A stretch of 62,504 nucleotides of DNA from Gammaproteobacteria bacterium (lineage in GTDB: Bacteria; Pseudomonadota; Gammaproteobacteria; Natronospirales; JAJUFS01), in NCBI GenBank assembly GCA_029263725.1, contig JAJUFS010000003.1, positions 1-62,504 of the forward strand. Reading direction: 5' to 3'. Made by a program: the position numbers and the translations under genes. Each line of letters begins with the position of its first letter. Position 1 is the stretch's first letter. Below the pieces are notes generated by a model. The model was not told the origin of the DNA and ran no database searches. It saw only the letters and a list, made by a program, of their open reading frames with translations. Below are positions 58,608-62,504 of this stretch, piece after piece.

Positions 58608-60232
58608 CCCCAAGGCCGGCGCTCGTTCTCAACCTGACTAAATCTACGCCGAGCGCCAAGAAGAGACATCAAGAACGTCAGCAGCCAGGCGAGCGCGCCA
58701 CCACCGGAACCACCACCTGCCGCATCGGCCTGCTCCGCATTCCCGCTGGCGTCACCCGTTCCGCCGGTATCGTCATCGCCGTCGCCAGCACCCGCATCAT
58801 CAGAGCCTTCGTCCGCGCCGTCACTGGCAGCGTCGTTGTCCGCTTCCGTAACACCAGGATCGTTTCCTCCATCCCCGGGGTTCGTGTCGTCGTCTTCGTT
58901 CGCGTCATCCGAGCCATTACTATCGTCACCCTCGTTCTCGTCCTCGTCGCCGGCGGGATCGTCGAAATTTTCATCGTTCTCAAGGCCTGCCTCGGCTATC
59001 AACGCCGACGTTTCGTACCACAGCACACGCGCTGGAGCGCCTTCCGAGAAACTCATCGCCAGCGCCTGGGCGGAGATCGCGGAGTCCCAATAGACGTACG
59101 ACAAGTTTCCTTCCACATGCTGTGCAAATTGCGTCCATTCGCCAGCTTCGTCTTTCAAGAACGCGTAGATCGCACCGGTTTCGTGATTCTCGCCCGCAAG
59201 CACCAAGCCATCCTCGATATCGACCGTCACGCCGAAATTGGCGTGTGCATTGCCATCGTTCGGCGCATTCAAGCGCGCACGCTGCACCCAAGCATCGGGA
59301 TCGCGCTCGAAAAAGTAAGCAACGCCTTCGGCGCGCGGTCGGTCGCCGATGTTCTCGCCCGGCGCACCCAGTACCAGCACGTCGCCTTCAATCGCCACAG
59401 TCGCCGCCCCGCCAAGTTCGACCGTATCGGCAAGTAGCCAACCGGAAGCGCCGTACTCGTAGATATAGCCGTTGCCGTTTGCCGTGAACGCAATACGGTC
59501 GTCATCAATGGCGCTGTCGATCACATCTAGGCCGCTGCCATCTTCGCCCATGAAGGTGCGCGTCCACGTCCAGTTGCCCGTGCCATCCCGTTCGTAAAGA
59601 TACGCACGTCGAACGTCGGCAGCGGAGGATGTCACCAGTATGCGGTCACCACTGACAGCCACTTCTGTGCCGAAGTAGCCTTCCTCGAGCGGTGTTGGCG
59701 CATGGAGAACGGCGCTGTGCCGCCAATCGCCATCGGATCTATCGCGCTCGAAAACATGCACAAGGCCGGCCTCATAGAGGCCGTCGACACCAGCCCGCCT
59801 GTCCGCGACCGCAATGACGTTACCATCGATACTTACCGGCTCGCCGAACCTGCCGGTTTCGTACGCGGGTGGCCTCAGTGTCGCGAGATGATCAAGATCG
59901 CCATCCGCGAGCCGGAACACATAGACTGCCGGTTCGTCGGACGTAACGGCGAGCAGGCTTCCATCGAGATCAATCGCGCGACCGAAATGCATGTCGTCGT
60001 CCTGGTTGTTTGCATCGCTACCGGGACGATAAAGTGTGTTGAGCTCCGCCGCGGTCGCGGATGCACTGGCGAAGGTGGCTATTGCGGTGACCACCACGAG
60101 CATGACAAGAAAGAAGACGTGCGCCACGTCACGACAACCGATCGAGACGTGAAAGCTCCTTTGCACCTCGTCAAGTTCGTGAATTGCCGCCGCAGTGGGA
60201 ATGATCGAAGAAGAACTGGAATGAATGCGCAT
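58568..60232 (-). CDS. FG-GAP-like beta-propeller protein with acidic low-complexity linker and GlyGly-CTERM-type tail
   Basis: Repeated (F/Y)FG...V.(I/L)DG...(L/I)(A/V)V blades (HFGRAIDLDGSLLAV, RFGEPVSIDGNVIAV, YFGTEVAVSGDRILV, NFGVTVDIEDGLVLA). A D/E/N/G-rich tract of about 100 aa. Then GGGSGGG-ALAWLLTFLMSLLGA-RRR, followed by 24 extra codons. Start is uncertain (ATG at 60232, or GTG at 60127 just before the signal-like helix). Confidence 0.7.
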   Translation of the reverse strand: MRIHSSSSSIIPTAAAIHELDEVQRSFHVSIGCRDVAHVFFLVMLVVVTAIATFASASATAAELNTLYRPGSDANNQDDDMHFGRAIDLDGSLLAVTSDEPAVYVFRLADGDLDHLATLRPPAYETGRFGEPVSIDGNVIAVADRRAGVDGLYEAGLVHVFERDRSDGDWRHSAVLHAPTPLEEGYFGTEVAVSGDRILVTSSAADVRRAYLYERDGTGNWTWTRTFMGEDGSGLDVIDSAIDDDRIAFTANGNGYIYEYGASGWLLADTVELGGAATVAIEGDVLVLGAPGENIGDRPRAEGVAYFFERDPDAWVQRARLNAPNDGNAHANFGVTVDIEDGLVLAGENHETGAIYAFLKDEAGEWTQFAQHVEGNLSYVYWDSAISAQALAMSFSEGAPARVLWYETSALIAEAGLENDENFDDPAGDEDENEGDDSNGSDDANEDDDTNPGDGGNDPGVTEADNDAASDGADEGSDDAGAGDGDDDTGGTGDASGNAEQADAAGGGSGGGALAWLLTFLMSLLGARRRFSQVENERRPWGQILNCSMLCCKT

Positions 60233-60365
60233 CTGCCATCCTCCCCTGTGTAACATCAGGCCGCGCAGTCGAAAACCCGGAAAGGAAAGCACGTCGCGCC
60301 GCTGGTGCCGTGGCTTGATCTTGAAATCGACGCTAGGGACGCGGCAAACACGCTACAAGACGTGA

Positions 60366-60545
60366 ATGCCCGTGAAGAAATACACCTATCCGAGACAAGC
60401 GTTCCCTCGCACACCCAGCTCTAGGAATGAGTTCGGGAAGAGACTTAAGGAAATTCGCGAGGAACGGCCCTACAGGCACGAAGGATTGGCAGAGGCGGCG
60501 GAATGCATGTGTGACGCTATCCGTGCCTATATGGTCAGGTCCTGA
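60366..60545 (+). pseudogene. 59-codon remnant resembling the N-terminus of an XRE-family HTH protein, ending inside palindrome copy 2
   Basis: EFGKRLKEIREER...GLAEAA resembles the HTH_3 helix 1-2 consensus, but the recognition helix is missing. The stop codon (60543-60545) lies in the left arm of the palindrome. Confidence 0.4.
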
Positions 60546-60574
60546 AACATAACATGCTGCAATTCAAGACCTGA
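60535..60574. repeat. Palindromic element, copy 2 (40 nt)
   Basis: TCAGGTCCTGAA-ACATAACATGCTGCAA-TTCAAGACCTGA, with 11 of 12 arm positions complementary. Confidence 0.85.
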
Positions 60575-60636
60575 GCCCGAATCGCCGCTCGTCAGGCCGC
60601 CAAGACCGCCAGACTGCAGTCGAAGTATCGGGCGTA

Positions 60637-61323
60637 TCACTCGAAAAAATCTCGTCTGATAAGGTACCAACTCCATAACCTGGGGTCGTTAGGATTGGCG
60701 GCGTTCAAGGTCATTACGTAGTCGTCGTCAGCCGCTCGTATCTCTCGACTAAGCACTGAAATGGTGACAGCGAGATCGGCGACCATCTCCTTGTCGATCA
60801 GAACTTCGCATAAAGTCTCTGAGCATCGCAGGCCGCGTATAGCGTGCGCTATCGCCGGATCAACCATGCTGCCCTCGACGATTCGCTCTATATGGCGAAC
60901 GAGCGCAACCGGCAGTTCAGCATCTTGGCTCCTTTGCTCGATGTCCCTGCTTATTCTTTCTTCGAGCTGAAGCATGGTCTCTCGCGGCCGATTACCAACC
61001 TGGAGGCCAAGTTGCTCCGCCGTGAGACGGGGCACATCGAGCGCAGGATAATCAGCGACACCATCAGAAGAGCGTCTTCCTATCCCGCTTACGCTGTCGC
61101 CATTTTTCCGCGTTACAGCTGCCCCAGAAGGAGTAAAACTATACGGTTGCTCTTCCCGTACAGCGACGGAATTAAGCTCTCGTCGAGCCGGCGGGTTCGC
61201 AGTTCCAACCTCTTCTGCCCCCCTCAATTCAGGTCCAGCATCCCGAAACGAGAACGACTTTAGAAGAGTAAGAGTCAGAATGCCTGCGAGCAGGACAACG
61301 GGGACTAGCAGCTTGGCTTTCAC
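60637..61323 (-). CDS. Exported hypothetical protein, family P1 (copy b)
   Basis: A GTG start gives a GTGA overlap with the stop of the upstream 115-aa gene. N-terminal TM/signal KLLVPVVLLAGILTLTLL. C-terminal IRGLRCSETLCEVLID ... YLIRRDFF is homologous to 54694-55188. Confidence 0.55.
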   Translation of the reverse strand: MKAKLLVPVVLLAGILTLTLLKSFSFRDAGPELRGAEEVGTANPPARRELNSVAVREEQPYSFTPSGAAVTRKNGDSVSGIGRRSSDGVADYPALDVPRLTAEQLGLQVGNRPRETMLQLEERISRDIEQRSQDAELPVALVRHIERIVEGSMVDPAIAHAIRGLRCSETLCEVLIDKEMVADLAVTISVLSREIRAADDDYVMTLNAANPNDPRLWSWYLIRRDFFE

Positions 61324-61667
61324 TGTTGAGACTGAGGTGGGCAAACGTCGATATTGTTGCAGGCATTCCCGCCGCCGAATCCGAAAGTACTTTGATGCCA
61401 CGTCCCGAAGCTTGTGGGCGCCAGAGAACCGCCACCTATATATGCGCCAGTACTGGAGTTGAACACGCTGTAATCAACCACATAGCCGCCACTATTTATC
61501 CAAGCGACGACGGTTTCTGTTCCACTACGTCCTTCTCGCCAGTTAGTGTAGGTCCCGTAGCCATAACTTTCGCCCGTCGAACGGTAGGCGTCCCATCCGG
61601 CGATCACTATGGCTGAGAATCCAAGAAGGGTTATCCAGAGCAAGATTCGAGAAGATACCGCTTTCAT
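61320..61667 (-). CDS. Small exported Gly/Tyr/Thr-rich protein (115 aa), candidate secreted toxin or bacteriocin-like peptide
   Basis: Signal/TM MKAVSSRILLWITLLGFSAIVIAGW. The mature ~90 aa are rich in G, Y, T, S and W, with a C-terminal GGGNACNNIDVCPP Cys pair. Confidence 0.55.
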   Translation of the reverse strand: MKAVSSRILLWITLLGFSAIVIAGWDAYRSTGESYGYGTYTNWREGRSGTETVVAWINSGGYVVDYSVFNSSTGAYIGGGSLAPTSFGTWHQSTFGFGGGNACNNIDVCPPQSQQ

Positions 61668-61829
61668 CCACCGCCCCCCCTGTCATAAGCTTTTGTAGAA
61701 ATATAGCCCATATTCCGGGTATTTCCACTCTTCACTGCTTATCCGTCTACTCGCCTTCCGCATATCGCAAGGCCGCTCAGGGGGGCTCTGACCTTCGCGT
61801 CATGTCCAGCTCAATGGAGCCTTCGGGGG

Positions 61830-61867
61830 TCAGGTTTTGAAACAACATGCTGCAATTCAAGACCTGA
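61830..61867. repeat. Palindromic element, copy 3 (38 nt)
   Basis: TCAGGTTTTGAA-ACAACATGCTGCAA-TTCAAGACCTGA, with 11 of 12 arm positions complementary. Shares the 3' flank CCCCAAG with copy 1. Confidence 0.85.
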
Positions 61868-61878
61868 CCCCAAGTCCC

Positions 61879-61985
61879 CGGCAACCTTCCAGGGCACGAT
61901 CCATCCCTGGAGCCCGGCCTATCCAGACTTCCCTTCAATGGTGCGAGCCTTCGCCGAGCACGAAGGTTGTGAGGAATTCGACTAG
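61879..61985 (+). pseudogene. 3' fragment (about 34 codons) of a P4-type lipoprotein gene
   Basis: Reads TFQGTIHPWSPAYPDFPSMVRAFAEHEGCEEFD-stop in one frame. There is no upstream coding sequence because the fragment abuts the palindrome. Confidence 0.6.
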
Positions 61986-62151
61986 CCACCCGACGGCTTG
62001 AGCCCGCTCGCCGCATTGACGAACCGCTGGCCGAGATCCGCCAGCCTTCCCGCAAGCTCCACCTTCGCCGCTTCCTGGCCCATCCGGTTCATGGACAGCG
62101 GCGAGCTCAACGACTCCAACCGCTGCTCCAACCCCGCCAGCGCCTCCTTCG
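61879..62151. repeat. Direct repeat copy 2 (273 nt)
   Basis: See 57420-57693. It begins 11 nt after palindrome copy 3. Confidence 0.9.
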
Positions 62152-62350
62152 AACCCTGTGGATACCGCTCCACCCAGGACCGTAACAGGTCCAGGTACTC
62201 TCGCGTGGTGTTCAGGGTTTCCGCGAAATCCGGCCCCGGGTCGCCGACTCGCAGCACGCGCATCGCGTCCGAAATCAGGAGAACGGGGATCCAGAGTTGA
62301 TCGACGTAGGCGTAGTGGGCTGGGAGCTGGCTCTTCCTTGAACCTGTCAT
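61982..62350 (-). CDS. Hypothetical helical protein (122 aa)
   Basis: ATG preceded by an AGGAG RBS. Its stop overlaps the plus-strand TAG within a shared CTAG. No recognisable family. Confidence 0.6.
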   Translation of the reverse strand: MTGSRKSQLPAHYAYVDQLWIPVLLISDAMRVLRVGDPGPDFAETLNTTREYLDLLRSWVERYPQGSKEALAGLEQRLESLSSPLSMNRMGQEAAKVELAGRLADLGQRFVNAASGLKPSGG

Positions 62351-62364
62351 TTGCAACTCCTAAT

Positions 62365-62504
62365 TGACCTTTCCCCCGCTTTTCGGTCCATTCGCGATGT
62401 GGGGTTTCCCTTTAGACTAGCGCCTTAGGGAGGTCCCGATGAAGCGCAAACGATTCACAGAAGAACAGATCATCAATGTCCTGAAGGAGTACGAGGCCGG
62501 CGCC
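62365..62504 (+). mobile_element. Left end of an IS3-family (IS407-group) insertion sequence, continuing beyond the window
   Basis: A terminal TGACCTTTCCCCC resembles IS407-group inverted repeats (TGACCTGCCCCC). An orfA start follows 74 nt downstream. Confidence 0.75.
62439..62504 (+). CDS. IS3-family transposase OrfA, N-terminal 22 codons (3' end lies outside the window)
   Basis: GGGAGG RBS. MKRKRFTEEQIINVLKEYEAGA matches the IS3/IS407 OrfA N-terminal HTH consensus. Confidence 0.8.
   Translation, partial: MKRKRFTEEQIINVLKEYEAGA

Noticed and set aside
58568-61867. The three palindromes as integron attC sites marking gene cassettes.
   Set aside because: I could not find RYYYAAC and GTTRRRY core sites at the arm ends. 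No intI or attI lies in the window. The flanking genes are not uniformly oriented single-ORF cassettes. The idea is kept only as a remote alternative.
58568-61867. The same palindromes as ordinary rho-independent terminators.
   Set aside because: No T-tract follows the stem on either strand. The loop is long (14-16 nt). The element overlaps coding sequence in copy 1.

Overview
62.5-kb chromosomal window from a high-GC proteobacterium. Gene content and codon style look gammaproteobacterial, possibly Xanthomonadales- or Nevskiales-like, but the taxon is inference only. Positions 1 to about 51.9 kb are densely coding. Housekeeping genes (yggS-proC-yggT-yggU, msrB, gloA, murB, cytochrome c4, M13 peptidase) are interleaved with many exported or envelope proteins. 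These include two tandem NHL-repeat lipoproteins with 26- and 17-residue poly-Gly linkers, two tandem PRC-barrel proteins, an ELWxxDGT-repeat lipoprotein, and a choice-of-anchor-B protein and a lipoprotein that both end in GlyGly-CTERM-type (rhombosortase-type) tails. There is also a c-di-GMP gene pair, a DrrAB-like ABC exporter next to an AAC(3)-I-like acetyltransferase, and a group A FAD monooxygenase. The last ~10 kb (about 52 to 62.5 kb) looks AT-richer by eye and is a mosaic accessory island. It carries mostly family-less exported proteins in paralogous pairs, a standalone HsdR_N-type PD-(D/E)xK protein, and an FG-GAP-like propeller with a GlyGly-CTERM tail. It also contains three copies of a 38-40 nt palindromic element that each sit at a gene-truncation junction, a 273-bp direct repeat, several gene remnants, and the left end of an IS3/IS407-group insertion sequence at the window edge. 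This island is my best candidate for an undescribed system: an exported-protein module, possibly a toxin/immunity or surface-variation locus assembled by hairpin-associated recombination. I saw no rRNA, tRNA or CRISPR array. Many long ORFs in the six-frame track are antisense artefacts of the high GC content. All family calls come from motif recognition by eye, not from database searches.
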